Source: Pristiophorus japonicus
Taxonomy: Eukaryota
Direction: 5' to 3'
Assembly (NCBI RefSeq): GCF_044704955.1
Contig: NC_092006.1
Location: 4,712,001-4,776,000, forward strand
DNA length: 64,000 nt
Positions within the stretch are counted from its first letter, which is position 1; each line of letters starts with the position of its first letter. Below, in pieces: positions 63,501 through 64,000 of this stretch. The notes below the pieces were generated by a model. That model saw only the letters and a program-made list of their open reading frames with translations, ran no database searches and had not been told where the DNA came from. The position numbers were made by a program, and so were the translations under genes.

Positions 63501-63925
63501 TCTTCTCTCAGAGGGTTGTAAATCTGTGGAATTCGCTGCCTCAGAGAGCTGTGGAAGCCGGGACATTGAATAAATTTAAGACAGAGATAGACAGTTTCTT
63601 AAATGATAAGGGGATAAAAGTGCGGGCAGGGAAGTGGAGCTGAGTCCATGATCAGATCAGCCGTGATCTTATTAAATGGCGGAGCAGGCTCGAGGGGCCG
63701 TATGGCCTACTCCTGCTCCTATTTCTTATGTTCTTATCCACCTGGCCTGCTACCTTCAGGGATCTGTGGACCTGCACTCCAAGCTCCCTTTGTTCCTCTA
63801 CACTCAGTGTCGTACCATTTAATGTGTATTCCCTTGCCTTGTTAGACCTCCCCAAATGCATTACCTCACACTTCTCCAGATTGAATTCTATTTGCCGCTG
63901 TCCTGCCCACCTGACCAGTTCATTT
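60565..63925. mobile_element. Jumble of nested and inverted CR1 fragments
   Basis: RT and C-terminal CR1 peptides on both strands (61205-61753 -, 61462-62025 +, 62639-63007 -, 63041-63643 +). Confidence 0.85.
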
Positions 63926-64000
63926 GGTGAGCCGCCTTCTTGAACAGCTGCAGTCCTTTTGGTGAAGGTACAGCCTTGACTTTATCGTAACTGTTTGGTT

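Overview
Eukaryotic genomic DNA, very probably from a cartilaginous fish (inferred from the CR1, RTE and Tx1 LINEs and the tRNA-SINE repertoire). Most of the window is retroelement debris, minisatellites and four N-runs. Within it is a cluster of four multi-exon immunoglobulin-superfamily genes, reconstructed here by hand from GT-AG sites and exon phases: A (+, 1179-11450), B (-, 17757-27856), C (-, 30378-38620) and D (+, 45625-53341). All share one architecture. A leader exon is followed by a single germline-joined V+J exon (no RSS seen), a 77-97 bp intron and a C1-set exon with an unusual CxC in place of YxC. Then come a Cys-bearing stalk plus transmembrane exon and a cytoplasmic tail containing a TxYxxL (ITSM/ITIM-like) motif. 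They look like non-rearranging, TCR/Ig-light-chain-like receptors with their own signalling motif. D (299 aa) and A (about 330 aa; has a TM Arg) are intact. C has a TGG>TAG stop in C1 and looks like a B/D chimera. B's apparent leader exon is split by an RTE+CR1 insertion. C and D sit head-to-head in a large inverted duplication. A nearly complete CR1 ORF2 lies at 54398-57148. Gene models are manual predictions with no expression or database support.
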